Shown here piece by piece: positions 43,452-53,890 of a DNA stretch of 64,000 nucleotides. The translations under genes were made by a program, and so were the position numbers. How positions within the stretch are numbered: position 1 is the stretch's first letter; each line of letters begins with the position of its first letter. The DNA is from an uncultured delta proteobacterium (GTDB lineage Bacteria; Myxococcota_A; Polyangia; Polyangiales; Polyangiaceae), in NCBI GenBank assembly GCA_963763745.1, contig CAVXQJ010000001.1, positions 66,431 through 130,430 on the forward strand, read 5' to 3'. The notes beneath the pieces are model-generated. The model was not told where the DNA came from, ran no database searches, and was given only the letters and a program-made list of their open reading frames with translations.

Positions 43452-43469
43452 TCGCTTTATCCTTTAGGC

Positions 43470-44441
43470 ATGAAGCTTCGTTTTCATGCGCTCGCTCTCG
43501 TCGGGTTGTTCACCGTCGCGTGCTCGTCGGCGAACGAAGATCTCGGTTCGTCCGAATCGCAAGTCACCGTCTGCGGACAGACGACGATCAAAGGCATCGA
43601 CGTCTATCACGGCGACAACGGCGGTAACGCGATCAACTGGACGAAGGTGAAAGCAGCGGGCATCACGTTCGCGTTTGCCAAAGCAACCGAGAGCACGAAC
43701 TTCACCGACTCGGCGTTCGCCACGAACTGGGCTGGAATGAAGTCGGCGGGGATCGTGCGCGGCGCGTATCACTTCTTCCACGCGGACGTCGATCCGACGC
43801 AGCAAGCGACGTTCTTCTTGTCGACGGTCGGCAAGGTCTCGCAAGGCGACATGCTCGTGCTCGATCTCGAGACGACGAACGGTCAGACGCAAGCGACGAT
43901 CGAAGCGCACGCGGCGACGTTCATGGCCGCGGTGAAATCGCAGAGCGGCGTCACGCCGATTCTCTACACGAGCCCGGCGTTCCTCTCGAGCTTCAGCTCG
44001 CTCGGCGCGTATCCGCTTTGGGTCGCGAACTACGGCGTGAATTGTCCGACGGTGCCGAGCGCGTGGAAGACGTACGAGTTCTGGCAAAGCACGGGGACCG
44101 GATCGCTGTCGGCGCTGAGCGGCGCGGTCGATCTCGATACGTTCAACGGAACGCTCTCCGATTTACTCGCGTTCGTCGGCGAGACACAAACCGATGGCGG
44201 GACCGGCCCGGGCGACGCGAGCACGAACGACGGAGCCGTGGCGAACGACGCGAGCACCGCGAAGGACGCGAACGGCGATGCGCAATCGATCAGCGCGGAC
44301 GCGAGCGGCGATGCGGCCGAGCCGCCGAACTGGGGAAACGCGAGCGGCGGATGCACCGCTGCGCCATCGCGAACGCCGCGCGACATGTCGTTCATCGCGT
44401 TGCTTTTCGCGGCCGTCGTGCTCATGATCCGCAGACGATGA
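43470..44441 (+). CDS. GH25-family lysozyme (muramidase) lipoprotein with C-terminal MYXO-CTERM tag
   Basis: Signal MKLRFHALALVGLFTVACSS. GIDVYHGDNGGNAINWTKVKAAGITFAFAKATES...GAYHFF matches GH25 catalytic-domain blocks (GIDVSxxQG; Y-H-F). C-terminal GGCTAAPSRTPRDMSFIALLFAAVVLMIRRR tag. Confidence 0.75.
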   Translation: MKLRFHALALVGLFTVACSSANEDLGSSESQVTVCGQTTIKGIDVYHGDNGGNAINWTKVKAAGITFAFAKATESTNFTDSAFATNWAGMKSAGIVRGAYHFFHADVDPTQQATFFLSTVGKVSQGDMLVLDLETTNGQTQATIEAHAATFMAAVKSQSGVTPILYTSPAFLSSFSSLGAYPLWVANYGVNCPTVPSAWKTYEFWQSTGTGSLSALSGAVDLDTFNGTLSDLLAFVGETQTDGGTGPGDASTNDGAVANDASTAKDANGDAQSISADASGDAAEPPNWGNASGGCTAAPSRTPRDMSFIALLFAAVVLMIRRR

Positions 44442-45457
44442 GCCTTCTCGGTGTTGCGGCCGCAGCGTTCGATCGCGCGGCAACGATCGCGGCGCGCGCG
44501 AGCAACCGGAAATCACGCTCCGAGCGTTTGTCGCACGACGAGCGAATGGACAAGCTCCGCGCGATTCGCGAGCTCTACACGACGGACGATTTCTTCCCCG
44601 AGCCTTCGCCGATCTCGCCGAAGCTCGAGCGTGTGCGCGGCATGCGCGGTGGCATCACCGTGTGGGACGCAGCGTGGCCGAGTGAGTTCGAGACGTTCCT
44701 GCCCGAGCTGCGCGAGAAGTACGCGTCGCACGTCGAGAACCAAACGGCGCGCGCGCGGCTCTACCTCGGCCGAACGCCGCGTCCCGCGATCGTCTTGATT
44801 CACGGTTACATGGCGGGGCAATGGAGCGTCGAAGAGCGCGCGTGGCCGATCGCGTGGCTCGGCGAGCGATACGATCTCGCGATCGCCGTGCTTCCGTTTC
44901 ACGCGGTGCGTGGGAAGAAGGACCGGCTCGCGCCGCCGCCGTTTCCGGGGCCCGATCCGCGCGTGACGAACGAAGGGTTTAGGCAAGCGATGCTCGATCT
45001 CCGCGCGCTCGCGCGGTGGCTTCGCGCGCGCGGCGCGCCGAGCGTCGGCGTGATGGGCATGAGCCTCGGCGGGTACACGACGTCGCTCCTCGCGACCGTC
45101 GAGAGAGGACTCGCGTTCGCCGCGCCGATGATTCCGCTCGCGTCGCTCGCGGACTTCGCGCGCGATCAAGGTCGCCTCGGAGAAGGGCCCGAGTCCGATC
45201 AGCAACACGCGGCGCTCGAGGGCGCGTATCGCGTCGTGAGCCCGCTCGCGCGGCCGAGCCTCGTTGCGCCCGAGCGCGTGCTCATCGTCGCCGCGGAGTC
45301 CGATCGCATCACGCCTGTCTCGCACGCCGAGCGACTCGCGGCGCACTTCAAAGCGCGCGTCGTCCGCTTCGAGGGCGGGCACCTTCTTCAATTCGGACGC
45401 GGCGACGCGTTTCGTTCCATCGGACGTTTTCTCACGTCGACACGAACGCACGCGTGA
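44439..45457 (+). CDS. Alpha/beta-hydrolase fold protein (serine hydrolase)
   Basis: ATG overlaps the previous stop. AIVLIHGY then nucleophile elbow GMSLGG, with later acid/His positions (AAESDRITP; GGHLLQF). Confidence 0.7.
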
Positions 45458-46830
45458 CGTTGAAGCGCGCGCGCTGTGGGTCGACAATCCGCGCGATGCG
45501 CGGCGCGCCTTCGTCGCCGAGGTCGATCGTGCGGAGATTCTCGAGCGCGGCGCCGCGCGCATCGGTGACGAGACGCACGACGCACGCGTGTGGCCCGTGA
45601 CGCGACGAGCCCATCACGACGGCCCACTCGCCCTTCTCGAGCTCGACGACGGAGCCCGTCGGTGCGAGCCCGATCGCGGAGACGAGAAGACGAACGAGCG
45701 TGCGATCGCTCCGCGCGCTCGCCATGACTTCGAGCGCATCGTGCGCGGACATCGCGTTGCCCGCATCGCGCGGCGCGATGCGCTCGAGGAGCTCGCGCAC
45801 GAGCGCGAGGATTTGCGACGCGAGCATCGGCGGGATGTCGCCGTTCCAGAGCGGCCCGATGACGTCGGCGCGCTCGATCCAGCTCGTCTCCGAGACGATC
45901 ACCGCGCGGTTCGCGCTCGTTGGGTTGATGCCGCCGGTGACGACGCACGCATACGACGCGCTCGCGGGAACGCGTTTGTCATCGACGTGGCGCGCGCGGC
46001 CGACGTCCGACATGAGCGCCGCCATCGCGAGCTGCGCGAGCGTGACGCGATCGCGCGTGATCGTGCGCGCGACGGCGAGCGCGAGGATGGCGCTCTGGAG
46101 CGCGCGACCCGCGTCGTCGCGGTGCGCTTTGGCCATCGCCGTCATGCCGAGCACCGCGGGGTCTTCCGTTTCGGCGACGACAACGAGCCGCTGCGCGAGG
46201 CGCTTCACGCGGTGCGGAAGGATCGTCTTGCCGGCGGCGATGTCCTCGTAGAAGGTGCGCATCACGACGAGCGCGTTCGCGTAGAGGCGCAAGACGCGCT
46301 CGGCGGGCGGCAGATCGTCCTCGCGCACGCGGCGCGTGAGCTGCGGATCGACCTTGCGCACGACGATGTTCGAGAGCTTCGACGTCGCGAACTGCTCGCG
46401 CGCGGCTGCGTCGCGCATCGCGTGAGCGAACGCACGCGCGAGCGCGACGACGTCCGCCGCGGTGACCGCGCCATCGAACGCGCACTCCGAGACGCCGACC
46501 TTCGCGAGGAGCTCGCCGAGCTCCTCCGCCGATTCGTACACGCTGCGCGAGGCGCGAAGGAGCTGGCCGCAGATGAACGCGGAGTCATCGACGAACGTGA
46601 GCGTCGCCGCCGAGCCGACCTCCGCCGAGAACGTTCGCAAGATGTCGGCTGACTGCGCCGCCGCGTCGCGCACGGCGTCGTTCTCCGACGTGTGCACGAG
46701 CGAGATCTTCAGCAGGCGATAGACCGCGAGCAAAACCTCCGCGCTGCGATCGCGGATTTGCTCGAGCAGCGGATTGCCGACGGTGCCAGCGACGCAGCGC
46801 GCGAGAAAATCGGTGTCGCGCGCGGTCATG
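45432..46830 (-). CDS. Hypothetical protein, degenerate HD-GYP-like C-terminal region; translationally coupled (ATGA) downstream of the kinase at 46826..49594
   Basis: MTARDTDFLARCV... start overlaps kinase stop. C-terminal ...IPPMLASQILALVRELLERIAPRDAGNAMSAHDALEVMASARSDR...IGLAPTGSVVELEKGEWAVV resembles the C-terminal segment of HD-GYP phosphohydrolases, but no HD or GYP residues were recognised. Confidence 0.35.
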
Positions 46831-49594
46831 ACTTCGCTCCCTTCGACGTGGGCGGTTGCGAGAGGCGCACGACGACGAGATCGCGCGCGCGGCCCGCCGA
46901 CTCGCGCACGCGCTCGCTGCTCTTCCAGCGCGCGCCCGCGGCGGCCTCGAGCGCCTTCATCGTCTCGTCGGTCGTCGCGATGCGACCGAGAACGCTCGCG
47001 GCGAGCGCGCGCGTCTCTTCGTGCGCGTCCGTCGTGATGACGCGCGTCTCTTGAAGGAGCTCGACGCACACGTCCTCCGCGCGCGTCGGCGCGAGCGCCT
47101 CGAGCGTCTCGAGCGACAGGCGCCGCTCGTCGATCGGAAGCGAATCGAACTCGGCGGACTTGATCCGCAAGACGAGACCGGGACCCGCGACGCGCACGCG
47201 GTTTCGTTGAATCGATCGCAGCGTTCCCATGCGTACGCTCGGCTCGTTGTCCTCGAGGAGCGCTTTGAGCTCGAGGCGCAATCGCTCGCTCGCGACGCCT
47301 TCGACGTGTCCGAGCGCTTCGAGTCGGACGATCGCGTGCGGCGACGACGAAGCGCGCATGATCGCCGTGCGCGCGTCCTGCGTGTTGATCTTCGAGAGGA
47401 CGCGAATGATCGCGAGCGCGTGCTCGACGCTCGCTTCGGCGAACGCACCGGCGAGCCGCTGCTCGTGACCTTTGCCGACGCGAATGAGGTAGTCGAGGAG
47501 CGCGTCCTTCGCGGGGCCGTCGGGAAAGGTCGCGACCGCGGCGAGCGCGACGCCGACGTGCGAGTCGTCGAGGAAACCGAGCATGTCGGCGAGATCGATC
47601 GCGCGCGTCGCGTCGGCGGCGCACGCTTCGAGGACGCGCTCGCTCGTCTTCGGCGAGACGATCGCAGAGACGAACGCGACGCGCGCGTCGCCGTCGAGAC
47701 CCGCGCGGCACACCGACGTGACGATCGCGATGACCATCGCGGGAGAGGAAGCCGCGAGACCCTCGACGGCCGCGCGCAACGGGACGATGAGCGCGTTCTG
47801 CGTTCCCATGCGCACCGCTTCGTTCCATGCGAGCGCGATGGCGCGCGCGAAACGCGGCGTGATGGCGCTCGTATCGAGCGCGATGCGTGCGCCGAGCGTG
47901 GTGCGGAGCTCCGGCTCCACCGTGAGCGCGGCCGCGGCTGCCTGCGACGCGCTCGCGCCGTGCATGCCCTCGGCGCGCACCATCGCCTCCGCGTCGGCGC
48001 GATCGCCGCCGCGCAACATCGCAACGAGTCGCGCGTTCGGCGGCGCTCCCGATCCGTGCGCGTCGCTCCAGCAATCTTCGAGTTGGAAGCTCGTGTCGAA
48101 GTGTGCGAGCGCGACGACTGCGCGCGTCTGCTCCTCGAACGCCGCGCGCTGCTGCTGGTCGCTCTCGGTGAACGTGTCGATCGCTTGATACGCGACGTGC
48201 TCGAAGCCGGCGTCCCACAAGAGCGTGACGAAGTCGTCCTCGGGCGCGACCTCGCGCGCGCGATCCATCAAGAGAATGTCGATGAAGCGCCGGAGCTCCG
48301 CGGCGTCGATGCCGGGGAGGAGCGTCATCGAGCGGACGCCGTCGGCGAAGAGCTGATACGGGATTCGATCGTGCGGGGCGCGTGGCTCCCAAATCGTATT
48401 GCCGCGCGCGATGAAGCCGTATGCGGTCACGTTCCAAGCGAGCCCCTCGTCCGTTTTCGCGAGGGCGGCGATCGTGCGATCGACGACGAGCACGAGCTTC
48501 TTCTCCGCTTCTGGATGACCATGCCCGTATTGCAAGCCCGCAAAGAGCGCGCGCTCGAGCAGCGTGAACATCTCCGTGAGCGCGGCGACGTCTTCGTTCG
48601 TCGCGAACGCGGGGTCGTACACGTCGGACTCGTCGCGCACGCGCTCGGGCGGCGGCTTGGATGGAGCCGGTGGAGGCCCCGCGAGCGTCGCTTGCGTCGA
48701 CGCGCTGCGCACGGCGACGATCGCCGCATCGACCGCGGCGCGCATCGACGCCGCGTCCGGAAAGCGCTCCGCCTTGTCGAACGCGAGCGCGCGATCGACG
48801 ACGCGGACGACCTCGAGCGGCACTTGAATCGATCGCGCGATCGACGGCACCGGCTTCGTCGCCGCGTACACGATCACTTCGTTCGCCGTCTCGCCCGCAT
48901 GAACTGGTTTCCCGGTGAGCGCCACGTACATGATCGCGCCGACCGCCCACAAATCCGTGCGCGCGTCGACCTCGCTCCACCGCGCGCGTGCTTGCTCCGG
49001 CGCCATGAACGCTGGGGTCCCCATCAGCATGCCCGTGCGCGTTCGCTTGTGACTCTCGCTCCCGTCGGTGCGGAGGCGCGCGATGCCGAAGTCGAGGAGC
49101 TTCAGCGTCCCCTCGCGCGTGAGGAACAAATTCTCCGGCTTGAGATCGCGATGCACGATCCCCTTCGCGTGCGTCGCCTCGAGCACGTCGAGCATGTGGT
49201 GCGCGCACGTGAGCGCTTCGAGGAGCGGAAGGCGCCCGCCGAGGCGCGTGACGCGTTGATCGATCGACTCGCCCTCGAGGAGCTCCATCACGATGTACGG
49301 CTCGCCCTCGGGTGTCACGTCGTCGTCGATGACGCTCACGATGCCGCGGTGCTGAACGCTGTTCGCGATGTATGCCTCTTGTTTGAATCGCTCGCGCGCG
49401 TCCGTGTTCGTCGCGAAGAAACCGTGAAGCACCTTCACCGCGGCGATTTTTCCGTTGCGATGCACGGCGGCGTACACGGCGCCCATTCCACCAACACCGA
49501 GCACGCGATCGAGGCGCCACTTGCCAGAGAGAACGGTGCCGACTCGCCGAGCAGCGGCGACTTGGAGCTCGTCGGTCTCCTCGAGATGTTCCAC
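46826..49594 (-). CDS. Ser/Thr protein kinase with ~630-aa C-terminal alpha-helical (HEAT/ARM-like) repeat domain
   Basis: GVGGMGAVYAA, AAVKVL, HRDLKPEN, DFGIA, GTPAFMAPEQ. Long helical C-terminus with repeated Ala/Leu-rich segments. Confidence 0.85.
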   Translation of the reverse strand: MEHLEETDELQVAAARRVGTVLSGKWRLDRVLGVGGMGAVYAAVHRNGKIAAVKVLHGFFATNTDARERFKQEAYIANSVQHRGIVSVIDDDVTPEGEPYIVMELLEGESIDQRVTRLGGRLPLLEALTCAHHMLDVLEATHAKGIVHRDLKPENLFLTREGTLKLLDFGIARLRTDGSESHKRTRTGMLMGTPAFMAPEQARARWSEVDARTDLWAVGAIMYVALTGKPVHAGETANEVIVYAATKPVPSIARSIQVPLEVVRVVDRALAFDKAERFPDAASMRAAVDAAIVAVRSASTQATLAGPPPAPSKPPPERVRDESDVYDPAFATNEDVAALTEMFTLLERALFAGLQYGHGHPEAEKKLVLVVDRTIAALAKTDEGLAWNVTAYGFIARGNTIWEPRAPHDRIPYQLFADGVRSMTLLPGIDAAELRRFIDILLMDRAREVAPEDDFVTLLWDAGFEHVAYQAIDTFTESDQQQRAAFEEQTRAVVALAHFDTSFQLEDCWSDAHGSGAPPNARLVAMLRGGDRADAEAMVRAEGMHGASASQAAAAALTVEPELRTTLGARIALDTSAITPRFARAIALAWNEAVRMGTQNALIVPLRAAVEGLAASSPAMVIAIVTSVCRAGLDGDARVAFVSAIVSPKTSERVLEACAADATRAIDLADMLGFLDDSHVGVALAAVATFPDGPAKDALLDYLIRVGKGHEQRLAGAFAEASVEHALAIIRVLSKINTQDARTAIMRASSSPHAIVRLEALGHVEGVASERLRLELKALLEDNEPSVRMGTLRSIQRNRVRVAGPGLVLRIKSAEFDSLPIDERRLSLETLEALAPTRAEDVCVELLQETRVITTDAHEETRALAASVLGRIATTDETMKALEAAAGARWKSSERVRESAGRARDLVVVRLSQPPTSKGAKS

Positions 49595-49707
49595 CCCACG
49601 TCCAACGTAGCCTTGGCGACGTAAATGGCCAAGCGCAGGTGTGCAGCGCTTTGCACACGATGCGTGAATGAGGATCGCGAAACCCTGCTAATTTCAGCTC
49701 TGGCGCA

Positions 49708-51033
49708 GTGTTCGCAATGAGGGCGTTCATGAGAAAAGCGATTTGGATTTTGGGGCCGATCGTTACGGCGATCGTAGGGGGATGCTCGTCGGGACCCGCG
49801 TGTCCGGCAGGGGTGACGGGAGCGCAGTGCGTGTCGATCGGCTCAGGGACTTCCGCCGACGACATCGAAGCGAAGTTCGCGTCGCTGACGGACGGGCAGA
49901 CCGTCGTCTTTGGCGCGGGCACATTCATGATGAAGGACACGATCATCATCGCGGCCAACAACGTCACCGTCATCGGCGCCGGGATGGGTCAGACGATTTT
50001 CGACTTCAGCGGCGCGAAGGGCGGCGACGGCGAGGGCTTCTTCGCGCAGTCCGTTCAGAACATCGTGCTGAAGGGCTTCACCGTGAAAGACACGACCGGC
50101 AACGCGGTGAAGGTGCTCGGCAGCACCGGCGTTCGCTTCGACGGCATCGAGACGAAGTGGACGGCGGATGATCCGTCGACGCACGGCGCCTACGGGCTCT
50201 ATCCCGTGCAGTCGAAGAACATCGTGATCGAAAATTGTCTCGCGACGGGCGCTTCGGACTCGGGCATCTACCTCGGGCAATCCGATCACGCGATCATTCG
50301 CAACAACGAAGTCCACGACAACGTCGCGGGCATCGAGGTCGAGAACACGTTCTTCGCCGAGGTCTCCGGCAACAACGTCCACGACAACACCGGCGGCATC
50401 ATGGTGTTCGACTTGCCAGGCCTTCAGCAGCTCGGCGGACACGACGTGTTCGTTCACGACAACAAAGTCATGAACAACAACACGCCGAACTTCGCCGCGT
50501 CCGGCGACATCGTCCACATCGTTCCGCGCGGAACCGGCTTGCTCGTGATGGCGAACTCCAACGTGCTGTTCCAGAACAACGACGTCGAGAACAACCTCAC
50601 GGGCAACAGCGCAGCGATCAGCTACTACGCCTCGCAACAACCGATTCAGGATCCGAACTACTACCCGTTTCCGAAGAACGTTTGCTTCGACAGCAACACG
50701 TTCGTCGGTGGCGGCGCGACCCCCGATCTCACGGCGCCCATCGGACTATTGCTCTCGACGGCGCAATCGGCCTTTGCAGGCGGGGCGGTCCCGAGCTTGA
50801 TGTGGGACGGATTCGCGGATCCCGCGGTCGTGCAAGCCGACCCGAACAACACGAACCCGATGGCGATTTGGTTCCACAACAACGGCTCGGCGACGTTCGT
50901 CGATCTCCACCTCGACCAGTTCGACCAGAACAACCCGAACTTGCCGACGATCATCACGCAGGACATGACGCCGTATAGCGGCCCATGCACGACGACGGTT
51001 GCGCCCATCACGTTCCCCGGCTCCGACCAGTGA
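49708..51033 (+). CDS. Right-handed parallel beta-helix repeat lipoprotein (pectate-lyase/NosD-like fold)
   Basis: Signal/lipobox ILGPIVTAIVGGCSS. Repeated beta-helix rungs (NIVLKGFTVKDTTGNAV; NIVIENCLATGASDSGI; IIRNNEVHDNVAGI; VSGNNVHDNTGGI; VHDNKVMNN...). Confidence 0.7.
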   Translation: MFAMRAFMRKAIWILGPIVTAIVGGCSSGPACPAGVTGAQCVSIGSGTSADDIEAKFASLTDGQTVVFGAGTFMMKDTIIIAANNVTVIGAGMGQTIFDFSGAKGGDGEGFFAQSVQNIVLKGFTVKDTTGNAVKVLGSTGVRFDGIETKWTADDPSTHGAYGLYPVQSKNIVIENCLATGASDSGIYLGQSDHAIIRNNEVHDNVAGIEVENTFFAEVSGNNVHDNTGGIMVFDLPGLQQLGGHDVFVHDNKVMNNNTPNFAASGDIVHIVPRGTGLLVMANSNVLFQNNDVENNLTGNSAAISYYASQQPIQDPNYYPFPKNVCFDSNTFVGGGATPDLTAPIGLLLSTAQSAFAGGAVPSLMWDGFADPAVVQADPNNTNPMAIWFHNNGSATFVDLHLDQFDQNNPNLPTIITQDMTPYSGPCTTTVAPITFPGSDQ

Positions 51034-52088
51034 AGCTCGGGCTCATCGCGATCGCGTCCGCGTTCGCGCTGACGCTCACGGCGGAGGCGACGATCGGCTG
51101 CGGCGGATCGTGCACACCCGGCGGTGACGGGAAGTACGTGAACGGGCTTTATCCGAAGCTCTCGCAGTACTGCATGGTGAGCATCGAAAACGGCGACGTC
51201 GTCGCGGAGGCGGGAGTAACGCCTTACGATCAAACGACGCCGCTGTTTTCGGATTACGCCACGAAGCGTCGCACGGTGTGGATGCCGCCCGGCACGTCGG
51301 CGACGTACAACGCGGATGGGCCGTTCGATTTTCCGACGGGCACGATCGTGACGAAGTCGTTCGGTTGGAACAGCAAGTGGATCGAGACGCGCGTGCTCGT
51401 GCGCACGAGCTCCGGTTGGACGGGCGCGTCGTATTTGTGGAACGACGATCAGAGCGAAGCGGTCTATCAACCCGGCGGAACCTTCGTGACGCTCTCGTTC
51501 AACGAGCCCGACGGCACGCCCGTGACGACCGATTATCTCGTGCCCAGCAAGAACGAGTGCATCAAGTGTCACGAGAACATGGAGACGATCGTCCCGATCG
51601 GTTTGCGCGCGGAGACGCTCAATCACGATTTCGCGTACGGGACAGGCTCGGAGAACCAACTCACGCACTGGACGAACGCGGGTTTGCTCACAAACGCGCC
51701 CTCGCCGGATCAAGCGCCCGCGCTCGCCGCCTACGCGGACACGACGCTGCCGACGGAGACGCGCGCGCGCGCGTACCTCGCGGCGAACTGCGCGCACTGC
51801 CACTCGACGACGGGTGAGGCGCGCACGACGGGAACGCACTTCGGGTCATCGGTCACGAACCCGTACGAATTCGGCGCGTGCAAATCGCCCGTCGCGGCGG
51901 GGCAAGCCGCGGGCGGGCTCTCTTACGACCTCGTACCCGGGCAGCCCTCGCAATCGATCATGATCTACCGAATGAAAGCGACGACACCGAGCATCGCGAT
52001 GCCGGAGATCGGGCGCAGCGTGGTCGACACGGAGGGCGTCCAAGTCGTCAGCGATTGGATCACGGGCCTCTCCGGCACGTGTCAGTGA
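51030..52088 (+). CDS. Diheme c-type cytochrome (SO_2930-like family), partner of the beta-helix protein
   Basis: GTG start overlapping the upstream stop. Signal VKLGLIAIASAFALTL. Two CxxCH heme-binding motifs (CIKCHE, CAHCHS). This pair with a parallel beta-helix protein is a recurring gene-neighbourhood association. Confidence 0.55.
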   Translation: MKLGLIAIASAFALTLTAEATIGCGGSCTPGGDGKYVNGLYPKLSQYCMVSIENGDVVAEAGVTPYDQTTPLFSDYATKRRTVWMPPGTSATYNADGPFDFPTGTIVTKSFGWNSKWIETRVLVRTSSGWTGASYLWNDDQSEAVYQPGGTFVTLSFNEPDGTPVTTDYLVPSKNECIKCHENMETIVPIGLRAETLNHDFAYGTGSENQLTHWTNAGLLTNAPSPDQAPALAAYADTTLPTETRARAYLAANCAHCHSTTGEARTTGTHFGSSVTNPYEFGACKSPVAAGQAAGGLSYDLVPGQPSQSIMIYRMKATTPSIAMPEIGRSVVDTEGVQVVSDWITGLSGTCQ

Positions 52089-52122
52089 TCACCATCGGCG
52101 CCGGAGGCGCCGGAGCATGTGA

Positions 52123-53631
52123 TCAAGGCGGAATCGTCACGTTCTTCGTGTCGCGCCCGAGCGTGTGATCGAGTCGCACGCGCGAGGTGCGCGCGTCGAT
52201 GCGCGCGTTGAGCATCGTGAGACGCGCGCGCGTGAGCTCGGTCTCCGCGTCGGTGAGCGTCGTCGACGTCACGCGACCGGCGTTGAAGAGCTCGCGCGCG
52301 ACGCGCACCGCTTCGCGCGCGGACTTCAGCTGCGTCGCCGTGCTCTGGACCGCGAAGTCCGCTTCTTGAACGGCTTGGAACGCGCGCACGACCTCGATGC
52401 CGAGCTGATCGATCAGGACTTGCTTCTGCGCTTCGAGCCCCGCCGCGCGGCTGCTGATGTCGGCCGATTGCGCGAGCGCGAGGGGAATGTCGTTTGGGCT
52501 CCACGTGATGCGCGCGCCGAGGTCCCACGTCGGAAACCACAAATTCGCCGCCGGAAACACGCGCGGATTCGGATTCGCCTCGATCACGTCGCCGAACCCG
52601 GACACGACGGGCCACACGCCTGCTTTCGCCACGCGCGCTTGCGCTTTCAACGACGCGACGTTCGCTTCCATGCTGCGCAGCTCGAACCGCTGCGACTTCG
52701 CCTCGTCGATCAGCGCAGCGAGGTTGCCGGGGACCGGCGGCAACGCGGTGCCGCCAATCGCTTCGCCCGACTCGATCGGTGTTGCGTCGTCGAGGTGCAT
52801 CGCCGTGCGCAGCTGCTTCTCGGCGAGGTCCGCGAGGTTCTTCGTCTGAACGACGACGAGCTCCGACGCCGCGACCGCCGTCTCTCCGCGAAGCACGTCG
52901 ACCTGCGATGCGTTGCCGACGGTGAAGAGATTCCGTGTGTCGTTGAGGTGCGTCTTTTGATCCGAGTTCGCGAGCTCGGCGACGACCACCGCGCCCTTCG
53001 CGCGGAGCCAGTTGTAGAATGCAACCATTGCGTCGGAGCCCGCCTTGGCGCGCGTCGCCGCGAGATCGTACTTGGCGGCCGTGCGCGCGTGCGTCGCCGC
53101 CGAATAGTTCTCGTTGATGCGCAAGAAATAATCGCTGATCGGGACGTTGATCGACGCTTCGAGGAGCCACTGATTGAGCACGAGCGGGAACGCGAACGCC
53201 GTCGAAGGAATCGCGATGAGCGAATTCGGATCCACCGGGCCGGGCGTCGTTTGCAGGGAGCCGACGAGCGAGCCGGATGACGAGAAGATCGACGGCGGCG
53301 TGAAGTCGCTGAGACGCGTGTAGCTCGCGACCGTCGAGAGGCGCGGCAGGAACGCGAACCACGCAGCATCGACGCGCGCCGCTGCACCACGGAGCGCTTG
53401 CCGCGCGGCCTCCGCGTCGTAGCTCGTCTCCGCCGCGCGCTTGCCGACGCCGTCCGACGTGAACCCGCCGGGCTTCGGTTTGTTGAGCACTTCGTCGAAC
53501 GCGGCGTCTTCCTTCGCCGCGTTCTCGCGCTCCGCCGTTTCCCGATCGCGCCTCTCCTGACCGAAGGCGAACGTCGGCAAAAGCAACACGACCCCCGTGG
53601 CCCAAACCCAAGTCCTTCGCATGGGGCGCAA
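52123..53631 (-). CDS. TolC-family outer-membrane efflux protein
   Basis: Signal MRPMRRTWVWATGVVLLLPTFAFGQE. Two halves each with the TolC/OEP pattern of long helical segments separated by beta-strand regions; ~500 aa. Confidence 0.8.
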   Translation of the reverse strand: MRPMRRTWVWATGVVLLLPTFAFGQERRDRETAERENAAKEDAAFDEVLNKPKPGGFTSDGVGKRAAETSYDAEAARQALRGAAARVDAAWFAFLPRLSTVASYTRLSDFTPPSIFSSSGSLVGSLQTTPGPVDPNSLIAIPSTAFAFPLVLNQWLLEASINVPISDYFLRINENYSAATHARTAAKYDLAATRAKAGSDAMVAFYNWLRAKGAVVVAELANSDQKTHLNDTRNLFTVGNASQVDVLRGETAVAASELVVVQTKNLADLAEKQLRTAMHLDDATPIESGEAIGGTALPPVPGNLAALIDEAKSQRFELRSMEANVASLKAQARVAKAGVWPVVSGFGDVIEANPNPRVFPAANLWFPTWDLGARITWSPNDIPLALAQSADISSRAAGLEAQKQVLIDQLGIEVVRAFQAVQEADFAVQSTATQLKSAREAVRVARELFNAGRVTSTTLTDAETELTRARLTMLNARIDARTSRVRLDHTLGRDTKNVTIPP

Positions 53632-53890
53632 CTTAGGGCCGTTCGGTCGGGTTCACCATGGTCTTGAATTCAGCCGAAACAATTCTTCACACCGAAGCGA
53701 AGGCGAGCGACTCGTGCGATCGAACACCACGACACGGACGCCACACCCGCGCGCGGACGCGACGCGAAATCGACCCAAAATTACGGCATGGCGCACACCT
53801 TGCGAACATCCGCGCTGCGTCCTTCTTCCTTGGCTTTGCTTGGTCTCTCTCGGTTCGTTGGGTTCGTGTCGCGGGTGCTAGCATCGGCGC

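Noticed and set aside
45432-49973. 1513-aa minus-strand ORF
   Set aside because: Upstream of ~46830 it runs out of frame through the kinase gene with RG-rich garbage translation. Only the last 466 codons look like protein.
52165-53280. 371-aa plus-strand ORF antisense to the TolC-like gene; similar antisense ORFs 53687..55606, 56005..57399, 62394..63971 and 42564..43436
   Set aside because: Arg/Glu/Asp-rich antisense reading frames opposite well-supported genes; a GC-content artefact.
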